From positions 61,764,769 to 61,828,293 of the forward strand of contig NC_068990.1 in the NCBI RefSeq assembly GCF_001194135.2: DNA of 63,525 nucleotides, read 5' to 3'. The notes beneath the pieces were generated by a model. That model was not told the DNA's origin. It saw only the letters and a program-made list of their open reading frames with translations, and ran no database searches. Source of the DNA: Octopus bimaculoides. Its lineage: Eukaryota. The translations under genes were made by a program, and so were the position numbers. Of the stretch, positions 42,201-53,768 are shown in pieces. Every line of letters begins with the position of its first letter. The stretch's first letter is position 1.

Positions 42201-42704
42201 TAAAGCATTCATAGCAATGAAATTGTAAAATACATCACAATAACAGAACTTCTTAACTATTTTTAAGAGCTAACAATAATTTTTCAGACTCATTCCAACT
42301 TTAGAAATGCAACATTTTCCTAGATATTTACATCTATACTGCTTCGGCTGGGTGCATGTCTTATCATAACAAGTGTCATGATCTGGAAAGCATCCTCTCT
42401 ACCATATTGTATTTGAAATGAAAATTTTTCTTCCTAAACTTGACATTCTTTCTTATTCACAAGGCCACTAAGTTATGAGGAAGTAAACACACCAACACAG
42501 GCTGTCAAATGGTGGTGGTGGATAAAGACCCTTCCCACTACATATATATATCTACTTTTTTCCCCGCTTCAGACTTTTCTTCTTTCCAACAAAGAGCTGA
42601 GCATCAACCCGTCCACTTCTTTCATCTTAAATTGAGCGTCAACCTAATACATTCCCTGTGTATGTCTTTTGACACTTGTTTTTATTTTTTATTTTCAATT
42701 TGCC

Positions 42705-42749
<45 letters not shown>

Positions 42750-42768
42750 TTGTGCGCATGCAAGTATG

Positions 42769-42932
42769 TGACAGGCTTCTTTCAGTTTCCATCAATCAAA
42801 ACCACTCACAAGGCTTTGGTTGGCCTGAGGCTATAATAAAAAAACACTTGCCCAAGTTGCCACACATAGGGACTGATCCTGGAACCATGTGCTTGAAAAA
42901 AAAAAACTTCCTACAACACAGCCCCCTGCCTA
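42769..42932 (-). mobile_element. SINE family C, 5' half, in the presumed 5'-UTR intron
   Basis: ggcttctttcagtttcc...cactcacaaggctttgg...cacttgcccaag...ggaaccatgtg. Confidence 0.85.
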
Positions 42933-43276
42933 TCTTATATATATATACTCTGAAGTTAATAGCTGTATAAACCATACAATATAGGTGAAAATGAAGTATA
43001 TTAAACCAGCAAAACCCTTGTCTAATTGACATATGATTCCAATGCAAAATAAAAAAAATAAAAAAGGGAGTATTAGTAACAGATCCTATGTATTTCAATC
43101 AGTTGATCATTGTGTTGTGTAGCTTTTGACATGCCTCTCAGATAGGATCAAGGAGTTTAGAGGCTAAAGACAATTACATGCAGTTGGTATATGCGATTGC
43201 GTTGACAAAATGTAGTAAGGATATGATGGAAGAGATAACAGAGGAATGTGTGTATGTGTATGTATGTATGTATGTA

Positions 43277-43308
<32 letters not shown>

Positions 43309-43310
43309 AT

Positions 43311-43465
43311 CATCATCATTGTTTAACGTCCGCCTTCCATGCTAGCATGGGTTGGATGGTTTGATAGGCGCTGGCCAGGCAGGAACCTGCACCAGACTTC
43401 TGTCTGTTTTGGCAAGGTTTTTATGGTTAGGTGTCATTCCTAGCACCAACCACCCAGCAGAGTGG
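43311..43465 (-). mobile_element. SINE family D 3' fragment
   Basis: catcatcattgtttaacgtccgccttccatgctagcatgggttgg. Confidence 0.8.
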
Positions 43466-43495
43466 ACATATATGTGTATCTAACTATATATCTAT

Positions 43496-43565
<70 letters not shown>

Positions 43566-43617
43566 ATATATATATACATACATATACATACATATATACA
43601 TACATATACATACATAT

Positions 43618-43648
<31 letters not shown>

Positions 43649-43784
43649 CAAATTAAAAGGGTAAAGATTTATCAATTTATTAATTTATTAATAAATCAAC
43701 AATTAATAATTTTTACCAAGCCCTTCGGTATGTAAGCACCATTATCGGTGGAGAACTTATTTAAAAGTTCCCATACATTTATAA

Positions 43785-44157
43785 ACATAATTAAGGGATC
43801 AGCAAGCATTTGCTTCACCATATACCGAAGTTCAGAAATAGCAGCTAAAAAAGCTGAGACTCCAACAGATAGCATTACCTGTAACTCACAAAGGCAAAAA
43901 CAAGAAGAAAAAACAATGAAAACTAACCATTTAAAGTTAAACATAAACGCGTTTCTGATGACGGAAATTGAATTTTACCATTCATAATCCAGAAACGCAT
44001 CTATGTTTAACTTTAAATGGTTAGTTTTCATTGTTTTTTCTTCTTGTTTTTGCCTTTGTGAGTTACAGGTAATGCTATCTGTTGGAGTCTCAGCTTTTTT
44101 AGCTGCTATTTCTGGACTTCGGTATATGGTGAAGCAAATGCTTGCTGATCCCTTAAT

Positions 44158-44162
<5 letters not shown>
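43785..44162. repeat. Long inverted repeat: 173-bp arms (43785-43957, 43990-44162), 32-nt spacer, 3 mismatches
   Basis: Manual alignment of the left arm with the reverse complement of the right arm gives 170/173 identity, all differences being transitions. Confidence 0.97.
43955..44001 (+). ncRNA. Hammerhead-like core at the centre of the inverted repeat (probably non-functional as found)
   Basis: CTGATGA-cGGA...TCCa-GAAA-CGCATC; the mirror arm preserves GAAACGCGT, i.e. the ACGCGT palindromic stem III typical of PLE hammerheads. Stem I 5' strand is replaced by the inverted arm. Confidence 0.45.
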
Positions 44163-44200
<38 letters not shown>

Positions 44201-44771
44201 ACACATATATACATACATATATATACACATTCATATATACATACATACATGCATATATATATACGTGCACGCACACACACATGCAGAAGGGGTAAATAGC
44301 TACAGTTTATGGTCAAATATAGGTTGAAGTGAAAACTTATACACGAGGGAGAAACACTAGATTTAGGAGATGTAATATCAGATTGAGAGACAGACAGGGG
44401 ATATGTACAGGTAGATCAAGGCAGATAGCAAATACTAAGGTTATGTGTGTGTGTGCATGCATGTGTGTGTTTATGTATAATCTTTATTCGTCAGCTTTAG
44501 TTATTGGACTGTAGGCGGGGGGGGGGGCAGGGTACTGTCTTGAAGGGTCTTAATAGAACAAGTTAACCCCCCAGTACTTCTTTGTTAATAACAACAAGGT
44601 ACAATGCATTGGATGGACCTCTGCGCAATTTTCATCAAGTAACTACATAAGGGTTCACTTCAGGTAGGAGAAAATAACTCTTGCTCAAGATGCCATACAG
44701 CAAGATTGAAACAGGAACCTTGCATTTCTGAAGTAAACCTTTTAATAGTTCGAGTATGCCATGTCTATAAC

Positions 44772-44872
44772 TATCTATCAACCTATCTATCTATCTATCT
44801 ATCTACCTGCGTACCTACCTATCTATCTATCTATCTATCTATCTACCTATCTATCTATCTATCTATCTATCT
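44772..44872. repeat. (CTAT)n tetranucleotide array
   Basis: Direct reading. Confidence 0.95.
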
Positions 44873-45313
44873 AAATATATAAATATATTCACACACACAT
44901 ACACAAACCTATACATATCCAGATACACACATATATCAACTTCTAAATTTGCTTATGGATATGTCTATGTATGTGTGCATGAAAACACAGTGAATGGCTT
45001 GCTTATGAGTTCGAACATGCCATTGGCATGGTATTTACACTAATGTAATTTTTTTATCAAAGACATCATGCCATTGCATTAATGATGATTTAGCTGCTCT
45101 TTCTAGCAGTTTGACTACATATATTTATGGAAGCTGGAGATAGTTAAAACACATGCACACAGACACACAAACACTCACATGCCCTCTCTTTAGTCCCCAT
45201 GAAGTAGCCTATATGAAGTCATTTAAATTGCTAGAAATAGCAACCAAATCCTCATAGAAATTACACCATGCTATCTTAAATCTTAAAGAAAATCGAAAAA
45301 AATGTGAAGAGAA

Positions 45314-45460
45314 GGTAAAAGCTTGCTTCCTAAACATTATGGTCTCAGGTTCAATTCCACAGAGTAGCATTTTGGACAGAAGACTGCTGCTATAGTTATG
45401 GGCTGCCCAGTATTTTGTGAGTGAAACTCAATAGGGGGAAATGTATGGAAGCCTGTTGGG
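45314..45460 (+). mobile_element. SINE family C, 5' half, divergent
   Basis: ggtaaaagcttgcttcc...ggttcaattcc box B-like sequence and ttgtgagtg...gaagcc. Confidence 0.6.
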
Positions 45461-45961
45461 TAAAGCTTCATCGCTCTCACACTTGTGATACTGATTCTCT
45501 TGAAGTGTAAGGTTAAGGTAACATTTGTCTGTGGAATACTCAGATATATGTAAATTCAGGAAGAGGTAACGAAGTTGGTCAAACAGAGATCCACTATATA
45601 CATATATTTATATATCTGCATATATCTCAAGAAAGAGAGAAGGAATGGCTACACAAACACACACATGTATATGTGTTTGTGCGTGTATATATACACACAT
45701 ATGCATATATTTATATATACACTCACATATATGAATACATACACGTATACACACATATATATATACATATGCATCATCATCGTTTAAAGTCTGCCTTCCA
45801 TGCTAGCATGGGTTGTATATTTATATGTACACATTAATATACATGCATACATATATGTACATATATATATATATACATATTTATATACGTACACACATGT
45901 ATACATACATACACATCCATATACATCCACATACATATATACATACATATGCACATATACA

Positions 45962-45998
<37 letters not shown>

Positions 45999-46719
45999 NN
46001 NNNNNNNNNNNNNNNNNNNNNNNNNNNNNNNNNNNNNNNNNNNNNNNNNNNNNNNNNNNNNNNNNNNNNNNNNNNNNNNNNNNNNNNNNNNNNNNNNNNN
46101 NNNNNNNNNNNNNNNNNNNNNNNNNNNNNNNNNNNNNNNNNNNNNNNNNNNNNNNNNNNNNNNNNNNNNNNNNNNNNNNNNNNNNNNNNNNNNNNNNTTC
46201 TGAATTGAAATGAATAGAAATTCCTTACAGAAAAATTATTAAAACAAGAACTAATCTTTACAGTAAGAGTATGTTGGAGTGGGTTGAATAAGAATAATAA
46301 TAATAATAATAATAATAATGATAATAATAATAATAATAATGATGATGATGATGATAAGAACAATAATAATAATAATGAAGATATGTGATCTGATGTAAGT
46401 ACTGTTACACCAAGTTCGTTTTTAATTATTACAAGAGAATAATAATGTATGGAAAAGAAACAAAAACCAAAATTATTATTATTATTATTATCTTTTTTTG
46501 CGAAAAAAAGAAATAACTAGCGATAGTGGAAAACGAACAAAAACAGAAAGAAAATGAACGAGGAAAACAAAAAGAAAGAAAGAAAGAAAAAAAAGAAAAA
46601 ACTCCAAATATTTCAAGCATTTAATATCATGTGGTTTACAGAGAGAAAGGGAGGGAGGAGAGAGAAAAAGTTTAAAAGAAGAAAAAGAAAAATCAAAAAA
46701 AAAAAAAAANNNNNNNNNN

Positions 46720-46754
<35 letters not shown>

Positions 46755-47231
46755 AAACCCCAGTTCAGATCTGGGTGTGTATAAAATATTGTGGAATTTT
46801 ATGAGGTAACTTGTATGTTGTGTTTGATAGAAAACTGTTCAAAAGTCAATAAAGATCCGAAACGAATGTGTGCCAATGCATGTCTTTTCAGTGATCAATT
46901 AAACATGTCCTCAATTCACACAGACACACTTTATGTGTGTGTGTGTGTGTGAGGGCAAGCACATGTGTGGGTGTGCAAGCGTTAATGTGTCTATGCCAGT
47001 CATAAATTTTCTATTAATATAGGAAAAAAAATGTGTATGCAGCACAAGCAGACATTTGCAGTCAGCATGGTGAATATTGAGTGAAGGTATATATAGTGTA
47101 CATGTATGTATAAAATACATGCACATATGAAGATCACAAATACATAAATGTGTGTAGTACACATATACATGCATTTTGTCACACACACACACCTTTGCAC
47201 ATATATACTTGTGATCTTTATATATACATTT

Positions 47232-47464
47232 ATTTCTTTACTACCCACAAGGGGCTACACACAGAGGGGACAAACAAGGACAGCATAACGGATTAAGTCG
47301 ATTATATCTACCCCAGTGCGTAACTGGTACTTATTTAATCGACCCCAAAAAGATGAAAGGCAAAGTCGACCTTGGCAGAATTTGAACTCAGAACGTAGCG
47401 GCAGATGAAATACCGCTAAGCATTTCGCCCGGCATGCTAACGTTTCTGCCAGCTCGCCGCCTTA
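47232..47464 (-). mobile_element. Full-length SINE family B (tRNA head, Deu/Nin-like central domain) with 12-bp target-site duplication
   Basis: Head ggcgagctggcagaaacgttagc, box B GAGTTCAAATTC, gcctttcatc...ggggtcgattaaataagtaccag core; ATATATACATTT duplicated at 47220-47231 and 47465-47476. Confidence 0.92.
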
Positions 47465-47562
47465 ATATATACATTTCTGTGTGTTTAACAGATGTGTGTA
47501 TGCATGCACACACACACACACACATATACAAAATAAATTCAAATATATACATATTATACACA

Positions 47563-47783
47563 CACAAGAATGTGCTGGAAAATTCCTGGCTTTAAGGGTA
47601 TTGTGAAAGGCCTGGCTGGAGGCCTAATCTTCCAAGTTCTTTTACAGGGCTTAGAAAAACTAAAGGACCACTGCAATAATTGTGCTAATCTAAGAAGGGG
47701 AAATGTTGAATAAAATCATAATTAACTTATCCTCCTATATTTTCTTTTACCCAAAGTCAGGAACTTTTCATCACACCCTCGTA
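47563..47783. mobile_element. Mariner-type non-autonomous element
   Basis: Imperfect TIRs acaagaatgtgctggaaaattcctggcttt / aaagtcaggaacttttcatcacaccctcgta; related TIR stubs near 47817 and 54005. Confidence 0.7.
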
Positions 47784-48249
47784 CACACACACACATGTAT
47801 TTATATATACATATACACAAGAAGGGTGCTAGAATGTTCCTGACTTTGGGTAAATAAAATACATGTGTCCAGCGGTACACATGTATATTCATGATCCCTG
47901 TATGAACATGTTTCTATGTGCATAACAGGTGTGTGTGTGTGTGTGTGCATGCAAATGCACTCACACATACGTACAAACATTAAAAAATACATAAATATAA
48001 ATTATATTTATTAATATAATTTTATATTCTTTTCTTTTATGCTTTTACTTGTTTCAGTCATTTGACTGTGGCCATGCTGGAGCACTGCTTACAAGGCTTT
48101 TAGTCCAACAAATGAACCCTAGGATTTATTTTTTAAGCCTAGTATTTATTCTACCAGTCAATTTTGTCGAACTGCTATGCTATATGTATGTAAACACGCC
48201 AACACCAGTTGTCAAGCAGTGATGGGTGACAAACACAGACACAAACAGA

Positions 48250-48254
<5 letters not shown>

Positions 48255-48290
<36 letters not shown>

Positions 48291-48650
48291 CATTTATATT
48301 ATATTTGTTTTGCAAAACGAACATGTATAAACAGGGGATACAGATAATACAGGCACTCCCCATATACACACATGCACTTACTAAGCATAGACACACATAA
48401 AGAGATACGCATGCGCAAATAAAGACACATACAATAGGAATACAAAATACAAAATGGCTGATCGTTAGTAAGGAGGGACACACAAATAAGAAAGAAGAAA
48501 GCAAAGGACCACTGATGAGGTCACAGAAGTGTGACGAAAGAACTCTGGCTGAAATACGATTAATGTAATATAAGGCTGAAGCAAATTAACACCAAATATA
48601 TAGTGCGTGTGTGTTTATTGGCTAAACTGGCAACATGACCATCCCCAAAT

Positions 48651-48695
<45 letters not shown>
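48255..48695 (+). mobile_element. About 400-bp hammerhead-bearing insert (possible Penelope-like/non-autonomous retroelement)
   Basis: Non-SINE sequence separating the two halves of one family C SINE, flanked by (TA)n on both sides and containing the 48508 hammerhead motif. Confidence 0.45.
48508..48549 (+). ncRNA. Minimal type I hammerhead ribozyme motif
   Basis: acca-CTGATGA-g-GTCACA(gaag)TGTGAC-GAAA-gaac-TC-tggc: perfect 6-bp stem II, stem I CCA/TGG, CUC triplet. One extra G after the core and a shortened stem III. Confidence 0.65.
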
Positions 48696-48697
<2 letters not shown>

Positions 48698-49748
48698 ACG
48701 GGCTTCTTTCAGTTTCTGTCTACCAAACCCACTCACAAGGCTTTTGTCAGCCAGAGGCTATAGTAGAAGACATTTGCCCAAGGTGTCACACAGTGGGACT
48801 GAACCTGGAACCATGTGGTTGGGAAGCAAGCTTCTTACAACACAGCCATATACTTTTGTGATCATAAGTAATAGCAGGAAATATGTCATACATACAAGAA
48901 TTCTTATTTAACTTTTATCAAATTTCTTTGTTCTTACACAAAATGTTGAGATGAATACTAATTTTCAAACGCAAAAGATTTTTTTATTACCTTAAATACT
49001 AATATATATATGTGTGCATGTGTGTGTGTGTGCGTACGTATGTAAGAGAGAAATAGAGAGATTGTACAGAAACATGCATATCTGCTAATGTATACATGTG
49101 TATTTATTTATGTGCATTTATGAATGTGCATGTGTATTCATGTATGCATGTATGTTTATATACTTTTGTGTGTGTGTGTGTCTATAATTACACAGACTTG
49201 CATTCATATATTCCTGAGCATGTCTTAATTTATTCTTACTTTACCTAATAGGAAACATATTTCTCTGTTTACATTCGATACAAACATAGTCTTTTTTTTA
49301 TCTATGTCAATCCACGTTTATAAAACCTGCTACTGTTTTACATGTCAAACTGATTAAATAACTTTTCAACTTATAATTCTCATTTTTATTGCACCATTTT
49401 CCTTGTTTTTCAAATAAATTTTCGAGTATTATACGCTTTAATTCCTTCAGTGATATATTATTTATTGTCTTTTCAAGCACTGTCTGCCTCTCCCCCCATC
49501 AGCTTCTCTCTTACTCTCCCCCTACCTCCTCTGAGGTGGAGATAGGAAGGCTATCAAGGCCATGCTTGTCCCAACACCACTCCAATAGACCTGTTTGCAC
49601 TGACAAACAGTTGTGCATGCACACATACATATATGGTAAAGAGGATGAGGAGAGAAAGAAATGGCCTCGAATCAACGCAGTATCAACAAAAAGGACAAAG
49701 TAACAAATAACAAAAATATCAATAAAATAAAATAGTAAAACTGTGCTA

Positions 49749-50213
49749 AATTCTAATTTTGGCACAAGGCCAGCAAGTTTGAGAGAAGTCTTTTAGGTTG
49801 ATTACATCAACCCCAATCCTCAACAAGTGGAGATGCATGGTTTAGTGGTTAGGGTGATGGACTCATGGTCATAAGATTGTGGTTTTGATTCTCGGGCTGG
49901 GTGACACATTGTGTTCTTGAGCAAAACACTTCATTTACGTTGCTCCAATCGACTCAGCTGGCAAAAATGAGTCATCCTGAGACAGACTGGCATCCTGTCC
50001 AGGTGGGGAATATATACACCCTGAAACTGGGAAAACCAGCCCTTTTGAGTTGGTATGACTAAAAAAAGGTACCTTTTTTACCAATATTCGACTGATACTT
50101 CCTTTATCAGCTCTGAAAAGATGGAAGGCAAAGATGAACTCGGCAGCATTTGAATTCAGAGTGTAAAGAGCCAGGAGGAAATGTTGCTAAGTCTTTTGTC
50201 TGGCTCACTGCCT
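49749..50213 (-). mobile_element. SINE family B interrupted by a family A SINE
   Basis: Family B tail at 49749-49824 resumes at about 50080, with a degenerate duplication ccaatcctcaac / ccaatattcgac. Confidence 0.7.
49827..50080 (+). mobile_element. SINE family A nested in a family B copy
   Basis: tggtttagtggttaggg box A, gtggttttgattc box B-like, gtgttcttgagcaaaacactt body. Confidence 0.85.
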
Positions 50214-50224
50214 AATATAATACC

Positions 50225-50412
50225 AATAATAATAATAATATTGCTTTCTAGTTTTGGTATAAGGGCAGAAATTTCAGGGGAGGAGGTAAATCGATTACAT
50301 TGACGCCAGTGTTTAACTGGTACTTATTATATTGAACCTGAAAGGATGAAAGGTAAAGTCAACCTCTGTGGAATTTGAACTTAGAACATAAAAACGGATG
50401 AATGCCACTGAT
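50225..50412 (-). mobile_element. SINE family B with (ATT)n tail
   Basis: aactggtactta...gaaaggatgaaaggtaaagtcaacc...ggaatttgaac. Confidence 0.8.
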
Positions 50413-50929
50413 AATTTTACCTACAAACCCATAACAATGACGGTAAAAGTAACACCATGAAAAGACCAACCACAAGAAGTCATCACAAGGTGAAAGTTAA
50501 GAAAAATAAAAGAAAATGACTATTGACGACATTATGGTGTTTAACCGGAACAAATACTATTTGATAGAGATGGCAAAGGTCAGGTTCAAAAGAGCTTCGA
50601 GACAAAGATGAAGGTCAGCCATCGGTTACATATTACCATGCACACACTCATGTACTCAAACAATAACAGGCCCAAATACAAATACACTTGTACGATTAGT
50701 AGCACTTGCTGATGTAGAAGTACATGCCACTACAACTGTATGCATATACGAACATACAGGCTGTCATGTCATGTAGCTGCACAAGACCTCTCGATGCCAT
50801 CAAACACCCATACACAACTAAAACCCTGTGATATTACCTGGTATGTAAAATCAGTACGCTAAACAGTATGTGCTCAAAACTGATTGCATGAGTCAGCAAA
50901 AATTAGCAAACATTCATATAAGCTCCATT

Positions 50930-51410
50930 TCCTGTAACAAGTCATCCACTTTGACTAGGAGCAATCGATGTTATTAGGTGTCTAACGACCATTCAACCTG
51001 TAAAACCTTCCAACTGGTGGGTCAGTAATGGTGGCCAAATCACTGCTCATTTCCTCCTGACTCCCAGCTTAACTACTTCCCTCTTGCTCCATAACCAGCA
51101 ACAGACTCTTTCTGCTGCCTCTCTCATCCTGCATAGAGTTACCTTTCTCTTTCCTCTTCTTATCCCAATAGCTGCAAGGATTCTCCATACTGACTGGGCA
51201 GGGAATCCTCGATAACCACCTTGACTGGTTAATAGCCATGCCTGCCATCCATTCTCCCTGCAATCCAACAGAAGGTTCTGGTACTTAGCATTCAAAGGCT
51301 TGATCACAGCTATGTCTGGCCTATATGGCCTGGTGGACTATGATACCCAGGAGAGAAGTTGTAAATCAACTCTGGGGACCTTCTTCCTGCCTTCTAAATC
51401 CATTGCTGTA
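50930..51410 (-). mobile_element. HERO-like (RLE-endonuclease) non-LTR retrotransposon 3' fragment
   Basis: Minus frame reads RPDIAV..AKYQNLLLDCRENGW...GYRGF..QSVW..L..IG......EAAERVCCWLWSKR, matching the remembered C-terminus of HERO-clade ORFs. The segment carrying the ELTVPWEE-like motif appears deleted. Confidence 0.7.
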
Positions 51411-51550
51411 CTCATTACTAACTCTTGTCTTGTACATGGAATGAATGGGCCTCATAAACCATTCAAATTCACCTAGTTTCTAAAGTGACCCCCAGATCAG
51501 TGAGTGAGGGACTCTATTGAAGGCTTTCTCCAGCTTGATGAAAACCAATT

Positions 51551-51618
<68 letters not shown>

Positions 51619-52145
51619 TACATATATACATACATATGTACATACACTTACAAATGTGCATACACACACACACACATATATAAACTGACACACATATACA
51701 TACACACACACATTTATATATAATCACTTGTTCAAAGTTGATGTTTAACTTTGTCCCTTATAATTTTTTAGTGTCAAATGATTCTTCAGGTGTCAGACGT
51801 GAGCCATAAACTCCATCCGAATAAACTAGAACATGTATTGAGTATTTTCTTATCTTCTCACACACACACACACGCACATGCAAACACACACACACACACA
51901 GAGTGATGATTAAGATGTTTGCTTTGTGATTTTGTGATTTTTGGGTTCTGCTTTTTGCATGGCACCTTGAGCAAGTTGGTTTTTGTCTTTTGTCTGGGGG
52001 GTTAACCAATGCTTTCAGGGAGCAACTACATGGGGAAGCCTATCATATGTGTGTATGCCACAGTGTGTGTGTGCACCCATGAACTTGTACAGTGAGGGCA
52101 TTGTCTATGTCCCATAGACAATACCTGACAACTCAACAGTTTGAT

Positions 52146-52200
<55 letters not shown>

Positions 52201-52201
<1 letters not shown>

Positions 52202-52457
52202 ACAGCATGAAGATAAGATTCAAGACTGACAGCAGACTTTTCAACTACTGGAGGCTATTAGCCAAAATCAAAGTGAGGAGAGGGCACTGTTTGCAGACAA
52301 CTGTGCACTCAATGCTGCCACACAGGCTCAGACAGAGCAGAATATGAACAGCTTTCCCACTGCCTGCGACGACTTCGGCTTCACAGTCAGTACTCAGAAG
52401 ATAGAGGTCATGCACCAACTTGCCCTGCGGAAGCCATATATGGAACCAACTATGGAC
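52201..52457 (+). mobile_element. RTE-clade LINE reverse transcriptase fragment (frameshifted)
   Basis: Translates to KIRFKTDSRLFNYWRLLAKIKVR / ALFADNCALNAA...SFPTACDDFGFTVSTQKIEVMHQ...KPYMEP: a degenerate FADD catalytic motif with RTE-type flanks. Confidence 0.85.
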
Positions 52458-52633
52458 AGACAGACAGACACACACACACTCTTCACATCAACTAAAAGTC
52501 CAACAGTCTGATGTGAGTATATGGTATAAGCATGTGTGTGCATGAGGGTGTGTATGTGTGTATGTATGTAATATATATATATATATTTGTAAGTGAACAT
52601 TTGTGTGTGTGTGTGTGTATGTGTGTGTGTGTG

Positions 52634-52684
<51 letters not shown>

Positions 52685-53150
52685 AAAATTATACATGCAC
52701 ACACACATACTGAGAAATGCACTTGTATACATGTATACATAAAAGTCTGTGGCATATAACATGTGCGTGCTTGTGTGTGTGTGTGTGTGTGTGTGTGCTT
52801 AAGTCTACCTATGCATACATATGTAGGTCATGGATCCATTTCAAGTCACACAGATCAATGTCTCACAATCAGCCAGCACACAGCTATGCAACCAACTAGC
52901 AGAGATATTGATTTGTACTTATTAAACACAAGTTGTTGACCTACACCTAGCAGGTCATTCACAGCACAGGGCTATATGATTAGTCTTACTAGATGAATTA
53001 ACAAGTGCTACACCGGCAAGACAGTCAATATACCAAGAGGTAGAAGTTGGCTGTAGGTAAGACAAACACATATACAATTATTGTAGAGTATTGATGATTA
53101 GGGCAAGTAGATGCGTAGCCAATGATAAAATAAAATATAGCAAGCTACTA

Positions 53151-53530
53151 TACCTTTTACTTGTTTCAGAGATTAGGCTGTGGCCATACTGGGTCACCAC
53201 CTGGAAGGGGTTTTAGTTGAGTAAATCGAGCCCAGTACTTATTTTCTTTTAAGCCAGGTACTCATTCTATTGGTTACTATTGCTGAACTGCTAAGTTATG
53301 GGGACATAAACCTACTGACACTGGTTGTCAAGCAGTGGTGGGGGATAAACACAGATACACACACACACTCACACACACGATGAGCTTCTTTCAGTTTCTA
53401 TCTACCAAATCTACTCTCCAGCCTGAGGCTATAGTAGAAGACACTTGCCAAAGGTGCCATGCAGTGGGACTGAACATGGAACCATGTGGTAGAGAAGCAA
53501 GCTTCTTACCACACAACTATGCCTGCACCT
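53151..53530 (-). mobile_element. SINE family C, full length
   Basis: Complete colinear match to 55884-56303, including the internal (CA)n. Confidence 0.9.
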
Positions 53531-53768
53531 GCAGCAGTGCCTACAATCATTAGTGTTGTAAATTAGAAATTGATGAAGTCAGTGGAATCCAAGTTGTGAG
53601 AATAAGTGCCAGGTTTAGAAATAAATGCTGGGATTGATTCATTTGGTGCCCCAGCATGGCCTCAGTCTAATGACTAAAACAAGAGAAAAGATAAAAAGAT
53701 TATGTACTAAGCTTTATGTAAGAATTATATCTTTTTATACACATAATTATAAAGGGATTTTTATAATT

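Larger units (their letters stand above)
48033..48855 (-). mobile_element. SINE family C split into a 3' half (48033-48250) and a 5' half (48696-48855) by an insertion
   Basis: Both halves are colinear with the intact 55884-56303 copy; the break lies in the internal microsatellite. Confidence 0.85.

Noticed and set aside
40934-42228. Plus-strand ORFs overlapping the ZNF CDS (40934, 40936, 41268, 41473, 41818)
   Set aside because: Antisense shadows of a GC-richer coding exon, with no domain features.
43696-43944. STDNG as a retroviral integrase motif in the hairpin-arm ORF
   Set aside because: Four-residue match with no other DDE context; a PLE or non-coding origin fits better.
43748-44316. 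Paired near-identical ORFs (79/113 aa and 82/98 aa) as duplicated genes
   Set aside because: They are simply the two arms of the inverted repeat read on opposite strands.
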